Source of the DNA: Alphaproteobacteria bacterium
GTDB lineage: Bacteria; Pseudomonadota; Alphaproteobacteria; GCA-2746255
Direction: 5' to 3'
Length of the DNA stretch: 64,000 bases
Assembly (NCBI GenBank): GCA_965249135.1
Contig: OZ252220.1
Coordinates: 2,054,283 to 2,118,282, forward strand
A model generated the notes under the pieces. It was given only the letters and a program-made list of their open reading frames with translations, made no database searches and was not told where the DNA came from. Positions within the stretch are counted from its first letter, which is position 1, and the number at the start of each line of letters is the position of its first letter. Shown piece by piece: positions 46,570 through 55,260 of this stretch. Position numbers and translations under genes: made by a program.

Positions 46570-46936
46570 CGTGTCTGTCGGGACAAAACGACAGGAATTC
46601 AATCGGTTACAGGGCCCATGTCGGGCGTCCCCGACACGATGGCGGCGGGCATTCGCGATCGAGCATCCGTGTCTGTCGGGAGAAAACCCAATCATATCAA
46701 TCGCTTGACGGTCCCGTGTCGGGATCGCGTGTCGGGAGAAAATGCAATGAAAACAATGGTTTGTCCGCCCGGTGTCGGAATCGTGTGTCGGGGCGGCTCC
46801 GTGTCGGGTGTCGGCGTGTCGGATCCGATCCGACATGTCGGGCACTTATTCAGCGATATCAATCACTTAGCGTGACGGTGTCGGATTTGCGTGTCGGGGA
46901 AAAAGTCAATGAAATCAACGGTGTCTGGTGTCGGGG
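46570..46936. repeat. iteron-like TGTCGG array with IHF-consensus sites (putative replication origin)
   Basis: About 14 TGTCGG copies by eye; WATCAANNNNTTR matches at 46695 and 46857; directly downstream of primase-helicase. Confidence 0.65.
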
Positions 46937-47246
46937 ACTTCTATATATACATATATGGGTGTGTTCCCGGAACACACACCCATATTGGCTCGGTTTGCGG
47001 CCGGGCCCGGGCACCGCACCCCATCCCCCAGCATTGACGGTTAGGCGGCCAGACCGGCGCCGCGATGCCGGTCGCTTGTCGGCTTGGCCCCACCAGTCGA
47101 TTGCTCACCACAAACCAGCCCGCCACCTCACGATGGAGAGGAAGCGGCAAACGATGACCTGAATTCGAGAGACGGGTGGCGGCGGCGTTCCTGGCAGTTC
47201 CCCGCCGCCACCCTGACCACGACAACCCCGATCAAAGGAGATCACC

Positions 47247-47858
47247 ATGGCTCATGTAACTCTGCCCAAGAAACCGCCGCTTGAACACCGCGCCCGGCTG
47301 CCGGCTGCCCGGCACGGCGGCAATGCCGGTATTGCCCGCCCGGTGGCCGAACCCCCGGTGCCGGCCGCCACCGACTCCGGCGTGTCCGGTCCCGGCGCCG
47401 TGCTCGCCCTCGATCTCGGCACCGCGACCGGCTGGGCGCTCCGCGACGGAGACGGCGCCATCACCAGTGGCACCATGTCGTTCCGCCCGGACCGGTTCTC
47501 CGGCGGCGGGATGCGATTCCTGCGCTTCAAGGGCTGGCTGACCGAGATCAAGAATACGGCCGGCGGCATCGATGCGGTCTGCCTCGAGGAGGTCCGCCGC
47601 CACGCCGGCACCAGCGCTTCTCAGATCTACGGCGGCTTCCTGGCGCATGCGACCGCCTGGTGCGAGCACCATTCCATTCCCTATCAGGGCGTGCCGGTCG
47701 GCACCATCAAGTGTCACGTCACCGGCAAGGGCAACGCGTCCAAGCAGGCGGTAATCGCCGCCGTCCGCGAGCGCGGGTTTGACCCTGCCGACGACAACGA
47801 GGCCGACGCCATCGCGCTGCTGCTGTGGGCGATCGAGAGCCGGGCGGGTGCGCGATGA
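47247..47858 (+). CDS. RuvC-like Holliday junction resolvase
   Basis: LALDLGTATGWA, EEVRRH, GKGNASK, DDNEADA. Confidence 0.85.
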   Translation: MAHVTLPKKPPLEHRARLPAARHGGNAGIARPVAEPPVPAATDSGVSGPGAVLALDLGTATGWALRDGDGAITSGTMSFRPDRFSGGGMRFLRFKGWLTEIKNTAGGIDAVCLEEVRRHAGTSASQIYGGFLAHATAWCEHHSIPYQGVPVGTIKCHVTGKGNASKQAVIAAVRERGFDPADDNEADAIALLLWAIESRAGAR

Positions 47859-48112
47859 ACGGCGCCATGCTGCTCCAGCACGCCGCCGGCGCCGTCGACA
47901 AGCGCCGGGCCGATTACGGCGCGCCCGAGGATCTGTTCGAGCATGTCGCCGCCCGCTGGTCGCAGGTGCTCGGGATCCGGGTCACGGCGGCCCAGGTGGC
48001 GGTCTGCCTGATGGACCTCAAGATGGCGCGGCTCGCCCACGACCCCAGGCATCTCGACAGCCTCGTCGACGTCCTCGGCTACGGCGCCTGCTTGCGGGAG
48101 ATCAACCGGTGA
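47855..48112 (+). CDS. DUF6378-like phage protein
   Basis: RRADYG.P, VAARWS, DLKMARL, DSLVDVLGY. Confidence 0.7.
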   Translation: MNGAMLLQHAAGAVDKRRADYGAPEDLFEHVAARWSQVLGIRVTAAQVAVCLMDLKMARLAHDPRHLDSLVDVLGYGACLREINR

Positions 48113-48351
48113 GGTGGTTGCCCAAGGGCTATGGCGGCGGGCGCCGGCCGGCCGGCGAGATCAAACGCGAGGGCTGGCGCGAGCAGGGCATTCTGGTGAT
48201 CGCCGCCGAGGACGGCCGCCTCACCTGGCCCGAGCGCGAGCTGGTCAAGAGGCTCGGCGAGAAACTCTACGGCAGACAATCGGAGCCGGGCAGAGACGCA
48301 TGCGGGCGCACCGTGTCCATGCGAGACCATCGGACAGCGGCGCGTGGCTAA
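48109..48351 (+). CDS. small phage hypothetical protein
   Basis: WLPKGYGG..IKREGWREQGILVI..LTWPERELV. Confidence 0.55.
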   Translation: MRWLPKGYGGGRRPAGEIKREGWREQGILVIAAEDGRLTWPERELVKRLGEKLYGRQSEPGRDACGRTVSMRDHRTAARG

Positions 48352-48913
48352 ACGCAGGAAGCGCGCCCCCAAGGGCAAGGCCCGGGTCCAACGCGCGAAG
48401 CCGGAGGCCATGCGCCTGCCCGGCGGCCGCACGCTCGAGACGGTGCGCGCGGCGGACCCCGAGGGCCGGCCGGTCACCCTTGTCCGCACCGTCGACACGC
48501 TGGCGCGCATGCGCAAGGCGGGCACCATCACGCGTGCCATGCATCAGGCCGCGCGTGACTTCCAGGCCCACTTCACCATCGCCGCCTACGACACCACGGC
48601 CACCGCCTCGATCGTTCGCGTGAGGCGGCTGCGCGGCGAGAAGATGACCTGGAACGACGATCTCACGGTCCGCCAGATCGCGGCGCGCGACCGCGTGCAT
48701 GACGCGCTCGACGCGCTCGGCGGCATGGCAAGCCCCGGCGGCAGCTGCGTCTGGCACGTAGTCGGGCTGCAGATGTCTTTGCGCGAATGGGCGATGCAGC
48801 AGGGTTGGAACGGAAAGTTGATGCTCGCAAGCCAGGCGACCGGTGTGCTGGTGACGGCGCTCGGCATGCTGGCCGTCCATTACGGCTATGAGCGGCCCAG
48901 GCGGGCCGGCTGA
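48344..48913 (+). CDS. DUF6456-like putative late-transcription regulator
   Basis: DTLARM..GTIT, VWHVVGLQMSLREWA, LAVHYG; last gene of the early operon. Confidence 0.65.
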   Translation: MAKRRKRAPKGKARVQRAKPEAMRLPGGRTLETVRAADPEGRPVTLVRTVDTLARMRKAGTITRAMHQAARDFQAHFTIAAYDTTATASIVRVRRLRGEKMTWNDDLTVRQIAARDRVHDALDALGGMASPGGSCVWHVVGLQMSLREWAMQQGWNGKLMLASQATGVLVTALGMLAVHYGYERPRRAG

Positions 48914-48933
48914 GAGCGATCACGATTTTTCTG

Positions 48934-49045
48934 CATCTTGTGGGGTTGACAGGTGTTTATCACAAGATGTAGGTTTCTGCCACCATCTCATAGGTGCGTC
49001 CGAACCCAGCCCGCTCCGGCACCGCCGCGGCGGGTTTTTTGTTGC
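48934..49045 (+). promoter_or_regulatory. putative late promoter with flanking palindrome and downstream terminator
   Basis: TTGACA (48946) N18 TAGGTT; CATCTTGTG..CACAAGATG inverted repeat; GC hairpin plus T-tract at about 49005-49045. Confidence 0.5.
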
Positions 49046-49213
49046 CTGAAGGAGCCTGACATGAGCCGTGCAACGGCGTTGAAAGCCCTCCTGGGCAACC
49101 TGCGCTTCATCGTCACCTGGAAGACTTGGGCGGCGCTGGTCGTGTTCGGCGCCGGGGTGGCTGTCGGTGCGGCTCTGTGCCACGCTGCGGGCGAGGACAC
49201 GATCGCAAAGGAC

Positions 49214-50275
49214 TCAGGTCAGCGTGTACCAGGTCGACCGGCCGCCGCCATGCTTGGTCAAATGGCCCCGCTCGACGAGTCGTCGGAATTGCTGCTTCAG
49301 CGTGTTGCGGCTGGCGCCGGTCAATCGGACCATTTCGCCCATGCTCACCCGGCCGTGGTCGCGAGCGTGATCGAGAATGTGCAGCGATTGTGCGGGCAGT
49401 GCCGGCAGGATCAGCTTCTCACGCTCGATTTTGCTCTCCAGCCGCTTCATCTGCTGCTGCAGCGCGCGCAGAAAGAACTCCAGCCAGGGCTGCCAGTCCG
49501 GTCGATCGGTGCGGATCGTGCCCTGCGTCCGGCGGAGCGCGCGATAGTAGTCTTCCTTGTTCTGCTCGATGACGCTTTCGAGCGAGCTGTAGGGAACATA
49601 GGCGTAGCCGGCGCGCAACAGGAGCAGGGTCGTCAGGATCCGGCTGATCCGCCCGTTGCCGTCCTGGAAGGGATGGATCTCGAGGAACACCACCGTGAAC
49701 AGGGCGATGACGATGAGCGGGTGCAGGTCGCCCCGATCCTGCCGCATCGCCAACCAGTCGAAGATATCCACCATCAGGAACAGCGTGTCGAAGGGCGTCG
49801 CGGTCTCGAAGACGACGCCGATCTCCTGGCCCTCCTCGTCGAATGTGGCGACGCTGTTCGGCGAGGTCTTGTAGGCGCCGCGGTGCCAGGCGTCCTTCTC
49901 GCTGTGGACCAGCAGATCGCGGTGCAGCTGCATGACGTGGTTCTCGGTGACCGAGAGATCCTCCCATGCGCGGAAGACGAGCTCCATGGTCTCGGCGTAG
50001 CCGGCCACCTCCTGCTCATCGCGGGTGGCGAAGGACGTGATGTCGAGATTCGCGAGCAACCGTTCGACGTCGGAATCCGAGAGCCGGCTGCCTTCGATGC
50101 GGGTCGAGGAGCCGATGCTCTCGATGGTCGCGACACGTCTTAGGGCCGACAGTCTGTCCGGGGCCAGTGTTCCAAGCGCGCGCCAGGCACCCTTGAACTC
50201 GTCGATCTCGGCGATCAGCCCGAGGATGGCGGGGGTGATCTCGATACTATCGGTGTTGAGCGGGCGTCGGGGCAT
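49214..50275 (-). CDS. Fic family protein with C-terminal HTH
   Basis: HPFQDGNGRISR, N-terminal inhibitory STRIEG motif, C-terminal wHTH. Confidence 0.92.
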   Translation of the reverse strand: MPRRPLNTDSIEITPAILGLIAEIDEFKGAWRALGTLAPDRLSALRRVATIESIGSSTRIEGSRLSDSDVERLLANLDITSFATRDEQEVAGYAETMELVFRAWEDLSVTENHVMQLHRDLLVHSEKDAWHRGAYKTSPNSVATFDEEGQEIGVVFETATPFDTLFLMVDIFDWLAMRQDRGDLHPLIVIALFTVVFLEIHPFQDGNGRISRILTTLLLLRAGYAYVPYSSLESVIEQNKEDYYRALRRTQGTIRTDRPDWQPWLEFFLRALQQQMKRLESKIEREKLILPALPAQSLHILDHARDHGRVSMGEMVRLTGASRNTLKQQFRRLVERGHLTKHGGGRSTWYTLT

Positions 50276-50463
50276 GCCCGAATATACACCCAATTGCACC
50301 CAATAAGGCAACCCAATTCGACGCCCAAATACACCCGAATGGGAAGACCCGTGCCGCCCGACAAGGTCGTGCCGCCGAGGCGTTCAACTCTCTCAAGTCC
50401 CAAACAGGGACCAGTGTTGATCCCCATCCGGGACCAATCACCATACTAACCAATTGATTGTAC

Positions 50464-50900
50464 GGGTCATTCCTGGCGGTAAACGCAAGCGGGCGGGCTC
50501 AGCGCGAAATCGCGCCAGCGACAGGCCGAAAAACTGGGTTACCACTGGGTTACCACCGGTTACCACCTGCGCCCGGCGGAGAAAACAACGCTATTACAAA
50601 GTCTTAGCGCCGTATCAGGGTGGTAACCTGGCTGGTAACCGAGGTTGCCACCGGCCGCCGGCCACTGCTCCGGCTGGACGGAATAACAGCGCGATATCAA
50701 TGATTTACGGCCCAAGCGGGGGTGGTAACCAGGGTCGTAACCCAAGTGGTAACCACGGCTTGCCGGTTACCACCCGTCGGAGCCGGAATACGACGTTATT
50801 ACAAAGAGTTAACGTCAGTTTGAGGTGGTAACCAGGGTCGTAACCACCTGGTAACCAGAGCCCTTGGTTACCACCCTGGTTACCACCTCCGGTTACCACC
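50464..50900 (+). other. putative lambda-like cos region (cosQ/cosN-like plus GGTWACC repeat array)
   Basis: TACGGGTCATT..GGGCGGGCTCAG-CGCG resembles lambda cosQ-cosN; about 13 GGTWACC copies; IHF consensus at 50695. Confidence 0.55.
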
Positions 50901-51025
50901 ATCGAGGACGCCGGACCGGCGCGATCGGCACCGGCCCGCGCGGTGCGCCGCCCACCAACGAGACATCGACATCGGCCGTCCCGCCCTGCCGGGCGCGGGC
51001 GGCCTTTTCGTGATGGGAGAGACCC

Positions 51026-51919
51026 ATGACCCAGCCGCAACCGCCCCTGCACGTGATCTCGCTCGGCGCCGGCGTGCAGTCGACGACCATGGCGCTGATG
51101 GCGGCCCATGGCGAGCTCGCGCCCATGCCGGACGCCGCCATCTTCGCCGACACCGGTGCGGAGCCGAAGGCGGTCTACGAGCATCTGGACTGGCTGCGAT
51201 CGGGCAACGTGCTGCCGTTCCCGGTCGAGGTCGTCCAGTTCTCCGACCTCGCCGACGACATCCGCAAGACCGCGGCCGGTGTGAAGCCTGTGGCGGGCCG
51301 CGCGAACGGCTACCTCGCGCCGCCCTTCTTCACCGTCAACGCCGACGGCTCGCACGGGATGCTGCGCCGCGAGTGCACGTCCAACTACAAGATCAAGCCG
51401 ATCCAGCGGCGCATCAAGGAGCTGCCCGGGCGGCCGCCCGACAAGCCGATCCGTTCGGCCGTGCCGCTCGCTTGCTCGTGGCTGGGGATCTCGGCCGACG
51501 AGTGGATACGCGTGAAGCCCTCGGACGTCCGCTGGCTCGCCAAGCGCCACCCGCTGATCGACCGCGCGACGAAGGACGGGCCGGAGCCGCACGGGCGCTG
51601 GATGAGCCGGCAGGACTGCACCGACTGGTTGATCAGCCATGGTTATCCGGTTCCGCCCCGTTCCGCCTGCACCTTCTGCCCCTACCGGAGTGCAGCCGAG
51701 TGGCGGGCCCTGCGCGACGACCCGAACGACTGGAACGAGGCCGTCACGATCGATCGTCTGATCCGCGACATGCCGGCTCAGGAGCGGGCCGGGCTCAGGA
51801 AGGGCGGCCGCCTCTACGTCAACGTGAACCGCCGCCCGCTGGAGGAACTCGCGGCCGGGGGTCCGGTCGATCAATCCGATCTCTGGGTCGGCGAGTGCGA
51901 AGGGATGTGCGGCATATGA
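51026..51919 (+). CDS. PAPS-reductase-like (PP-loop) phage protein
   Basis: VISLGAGVQST, FADTGAEP, RECT..YKI.PI, RSACTFCPY, ECEGMCG. Confidence 0.8.
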   Translation: MTQPQPPLHVISLGAGVQSTTMALMAAHGELAPMPDAAIFADTGAEPKAVYEHLDWLRSGNVLPFPVEVVQFSDLADDIRKTAAGVKPVAGRANGYLAPPFFTVNADGSHGMLRRECTSNYKIKPIQRRIKELPGRPPDKPIRSAVPLACSWLGISADEWIRVKPSDVRWLAKRHPLIDRATKDGPEPHGRWMSRQDCTDWLISHGYPVPPRSACTFCPYRSAAEWRALRDDPNDWNEAVTIDRLIRDMPAQERAGLRKGGRLYVNVNRRPLEELAAGGPVDQSDLWVGECEGMCGI

Positions 51920-53199
51920 CGGCATCGGATTTCAACATCGAGCACTGGCCGCTCGACCGGCTGCTGCCTTACGCCGCCAATGCACGTACGCACTCGGACG
52001 CTCAGGTGGCGCAGATCGCGGGCTCGATCGCCGCCTTCGGCTTCAACGTGCCCGGCCTGGTGGATGAACGCGGCGTGCTGATCGCGGGCCACGGCCGGCT
52101 GTTGGCCGCCCGGCAATTGGAGCTGGAGACGGTGCCGGTGATCCGCCTCGAGCATCTGAGCGAGGCGCAGGCGCGGGCGTTCCGCCTCGCCGACAACCGG
52201 ATCGCCCAAAACGCGGGCTGGGACGACGAGCTCCTGGGGGCCGAGTTCCATTGGCTCCACGAGGAAGCGGAGTTCGATCTCGACCTCACCGGGTTCACGC
52301 TCGACGAGATTGCGGCTCGCCTGACAGCATTCGACGACGGCCCCGCCGGCAACATAGACGACGACGCGGCGCCGGAGGCCCCGGAGAACCCGATCACCCG
52401 GCCGGGCGATCTCTGGCAGCTGGGCGATCATCGGTTGCTCTGCGGCGACGCCACCGTCGCGGCCGACATCGAGCGGGTGCTGGGCGGCGGGCTCGCGGAC
52501 CTGTGTTTCACCGATCCGCCCTATAACGTCGATTACGGCAACAGCGCCAAGGACCGGATGTGCGGCAAGCGCCGCCGCATCCGCAACGACAATCTGGGTG
52601 CGGACTTCGAGCGCTTCCTCGCCGAGGCCTGCACCAACATGCTCGCCGTCACCAAGGGCGCCACCTACATCTGCATGTCGTCCTCCGAGCTGCCGACGCT
52701 GCAGCGTGCATTCCGGGAAGCGGGCGGGCACTGGTCGACCTTCCTGATCTGGGCCAAGAACACATTCACGCTGGGCCGGTCCGACTACCAGCGTCAGTAC
52801 GAGCCGATCCTCTATGGCTGGAAGGAGGGAACGGATCACTACTGGTGCGGGGCCCGCGACCAGGGCGACGTCTGGTTCGTCGACAAGCCGGCGCGCAACG
52901 ACCTGCACCCGACCATGAAGCCGGTGGCGCTGATCGAACGCGCGTTGCGCAACTCGTCGAAGAGCCGGGACGTGGTGCTCGATCCCTTCGCCGGCTCGGG
53001 CTCGACCGCGATCGCGGCCGAGAAGACCGGGCGCGCGGCACGGCTGGTCGAGTTGGATCCCGGCTATTGCGACGTGATCGTAAAGCGCTGGCAGGAGTGG
53101 ACGGGCCAGGCCGCGCGCCTCGAGGGCGACGCCAGGGCGTTCGACACGGCCGCCGGCGCGGAACGGCCCGGTGCCGTCAACGAGGCGAATGCACCATGA
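51916..53199 (+). CDS. ParB-N domain plus N6A/N4C DNA methyltransferase
   Basis: LLPYAANARTHS, IAGHGR, TDPPYN, HPTMKP, DPFAGSGST. Confidence 0.9.
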   Translation: MTASDFNIEHWPLDRLLPYAANARTHSDAQVAQIAGSIAAFGFNVPGLVDERGVLIAGHGRLLAARQLELETVPVIRLEHLSEAQARAFRLADNRIAQNAGWDDELLGAEFHWLHEEAEFDLDLTGFTLDEIAARLTAFDDGPAGNIDDDAAPEAPENPITRPGDLWQLGDHRLLCGDATVAADIERVLGGGLADLCFTDPPYNVDYGNSAKDRMCGKRRRIRNDNLGADFERFLAEACTNMLAVTKGATYICMSSSELPTLQRAFREAGGHWSTFLIWAKNTFTLGRSDYQRQYEPILYGWKEGTDHYWCGARDQGDVWFVDKPARNDLHPTMKPVALIERALRNSSKSRDVVLDPFAGSGSTAIAAEKTGRAARLVELDPGYCDVIVKRWQEWTGQAARLEGDARAFDTAAGAERPGAVNEANAP

Positions 53200-53645
53200 G
53201 CACTTGGATAATTAATGAGGTGGCCACCGCGTGCGGATTGACGGAATACGAAATCGGCGGGTGGATTTCACAGGGCATATTTCAGCCCGGCGCCACTACG
53301 CGAAGAGGCCATTATCGCAACTACGATTGGCGCGACCTTGCCTGCTTGGCGGTGTTCGCAGAACTCCGGGTGTATGGCCTGTTGCTCGATACCATCAAGT
53401 TCATCGTCATTGAGCTTCACGAAGACCTGGCCCAGATTGAAGAATTCAAGCAAAAATCCGGTGTCTTTTTCTTCGAAGCGCGCTGGAGTGACGACCACAA
53501 ATACCACTCGACTGTCGGGCTGGTCGATCATGCCGGCTTGGCCGATGTGCTGCAGCATGCGCTGAAATCGGTCATCGTCGTCGACGTCGCCAAGGTCTAT
53601 CAGGAGGCGCTGACGAGAATCTCCAGTTTGGAGAGGGCGGCATGA
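53196..53645 (+). CDS. MerR-like HTH protein
   Basis: INEVATACGL..WISQG..RNYDWRDL; lower GC than neighbours. Confidence 0.55.
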   Translation: MSTWIINEVATACGLTEYEIGGWISQGIFQPGATTRRGHYRNYDWRDLACLAVFAELRVYGLLLDTIKFIVIELHEDLAQIEEFKQKSGVFFFEARWSDDHKYHSTVGLVDHAGLADVLQHALKSVIVVDVAKVYQEALTRISSLERAA

Positions 53646-53887
53646 GGCGGCAGTCGCGCACGATGTCGCTGGTCGAGGCGGTAACCAATGTGGCGGTTGG
53701 CTACGGTCTTGCCGTAACGATGCAGATGCTGGTGTTCCCGCTCTTCGGGTTTGCCGCGACGTATCGCGACCACCTACTGATTGGCGCCGTCTTCACCATC
53801 GCGTCGATCGCGAGGAGCTTCTCGCTGCGGCGCCTGTTCGAGGTGATCCGCGTCCGAGCCGATGCCGGTGGAGATTACCAGCCTTGA
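53642..53887 (+). CDS. small phage membrane protein
   Basis: QSRTMSLVEAVTNVAVGY, two hydrophobic segments, LRRLFE. Confidence 0.7.
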   Translation: MRRQSRTMSLVEAVTNVAVGYGLAVTMQMLVFPLFGFAATYRDHLLIGAVFTIASIARSFSLRRLFEVIRVRADAGGDYQP

Positions 53888-54498
53888 GGCTTGTGAAGAT
53901 CCGTACCGGGGATTGGATTCGGGAGTTGCGACCTCTCAAGGGCGCCTGGCCGAATACTCCTGGTGAAGTCCGCATGCTTCTGGAGCTGACGCGATGTGCG
54001 GCCTTGGCCCGGCGTAATGAGTCCAACCCGCTTGTTGTGCTGTTCCTTCACCAAACGCATCGCCTCTGCGATGTCGCTGTCATTAGTGACGACGACGGCA
54101 CAATCATAGGCATCCAACCAGCCGTCGTTCAGCAGATGCACCGCGAGATTGACATCCGAGCCTTTTTCCTCGGTCTTGATGATTTCGACTGTGCGCCGCT
54201 CGCCCGCCGGGTTCGCGAGAGGAGCCCGAACCTTGTGACTGAGAAAATGACCGAAGTGAATCTCTACCTCGGGCCGGTACCGCTGCAGGGCGCGGAGGTA
54301 AACGTTTTGCCGTAGGGGCTGCGAGCGGTCGTTGGGAGTGGCCGACACCCGCGCCGTGAAATACTTGATCTTGCCGATGTCATGATGCGGCTGAAGGACC
54401 GCCCGAAACAGGCTCAGCAGGCCGAGCCACTTCCAGGACGAACCCTTGAGGGCGCCGTAGTAGAGGTTGAACCCGTCGGCATAGATGGTGGTGCGCAT
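53875..54498 (-). CDS. NYN domain (PIN-like) ribonuclease
   Basis: YADGFNLYYG, IKYFTA, EEKGSDVNLA, TNDSD. Confidence 0.88.
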   Translation of the reverse strand: MRTTIYADGFNLYYGALKGSSWKWLGLLSLFRAVLQPHHDIGKIKYFTARVSATPNDRSQPLRQNVYLRALQRYRPEVEIHFGHFLSHKVRAPLANPAGERRTVEIIKTEEKGSDVNLAVHLLNDGWLDAYDCAVVVTNDSDIAEAMRLVKEQHNKRVGLITPGQGRTSRQLQKHADFTRSIRPGALERSQLPNPIPGTDLHKPQGW

Positions 54499-54666
54499 CG
54501 GTTGTCCAAAAAAGCAAGGGCCTCCGAAGAGGCCCCGCGCCCTGCGGATGAAACCGCAAGGGGTGTTGGCGCTTAATCTGGTGCCAACCCGGCACGCGGT
54601 CAACAACACCCTAGGACGAAAACCGCCGCCCCGCGAGGGACGGCGGTGTCGGTCGAGCGATCGGCC

Positions 54667-54888
54667 TCAGTTGTTCGGCCGGCCGGAATGAACGTGCAGC
54701 GCCCGCAGGATGGCGTCGTCGTCGGTCTCGCCCGGCAGGCGGTGCGACTGTAGACGCTCGTAGGTATCGTCCCCCGACCGGATGAGCCAATCGCCGTCCA
54801 CCGGGCGGCAGTCCGACGAGTCGAATGGCAGGACGGCGGCATCGGCGAGAGCGCGATTGGTCGGGTCGCTGATCCTGATGGTTTTCAT
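54667..54888 (-). CDS. small hypothetical protein
   Basis: ORF with GGAG RBS, followed by a hairpin terminator at about 54619-54648. Confidence 0.45.
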   Translation of the reverse strand: MKTIRISDPTNRALADAAVLPFDSSDCRPVDGDWLIRSGDDTYERLQSHRLPGETDDDAILRALHVHSGRPNN

Positions 54889-54901
54889 CGGCCCACTCCC
54901 G

Positions 54902-55249
54902 TCATTGCGGCCTGCCGCCGCCCTCGAAGAACTCCCCGATAGTGTTCTCCGGGACCCGGCCGAGCAGCTCCAGGATCTGCACCCAGGGGATGTTGAGGAG
55001 CGGCTCGTCGAAGGCGCCGGGCCGGTCCGGCGACCAGCCCTCTTCGGTGGATCCGAAGAACCCGTCCTCGTTGACGCCGATCAGGGTGCCGACGCGGACC
55101 TTCTCGGCCGCCTGGAACCGGGCGACGGCCCCGGCGAGGTCGCGGGTGGTGAGCCCGCGCCTCGCCAGTTGCACCTGCCCGGCCGGGCTATCGACGGGAT
55201 GGACCGCATAACTCTCCGCCCGCCCACGCTTTCCGGTCTTGCGTGACAT
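54902..55249 (-). CDS. hypothetical protein
   Basis: ORF in the minus-strand cluster with plausible composition. Confidence 0.5.
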   Translation of the reverse strand: MSRKTGKRGRAESYAVHPVDSPAGQVQLARRGLTTRDLAGAVARFQAAEKVRVGTLIGVNEDGFFGSTEEGWSPDRPGAFDEPLLNIPWVQILELLGRVPENTIGEFFEGGGRPQ

Positions 55250-55260
55250 GGCCGCCGCCT

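Noticed and set aside
50520-50900. GGTWACC and TGTCGG arrays as possible CRISPR arrays
   Set aside because: Repeats are only 6-10 bp with irregular spacing and no unique constant-length spacers; there is no cas operon, and the Cas4-like gene is a common phage nuclease.
51010-53199. 729-aa ORF as a single long methyltransferase
   Set aside because: The first 302 codons overlap the PAPS-reductase-like gene in another frame; the real start is the coupled ATG at 51916.
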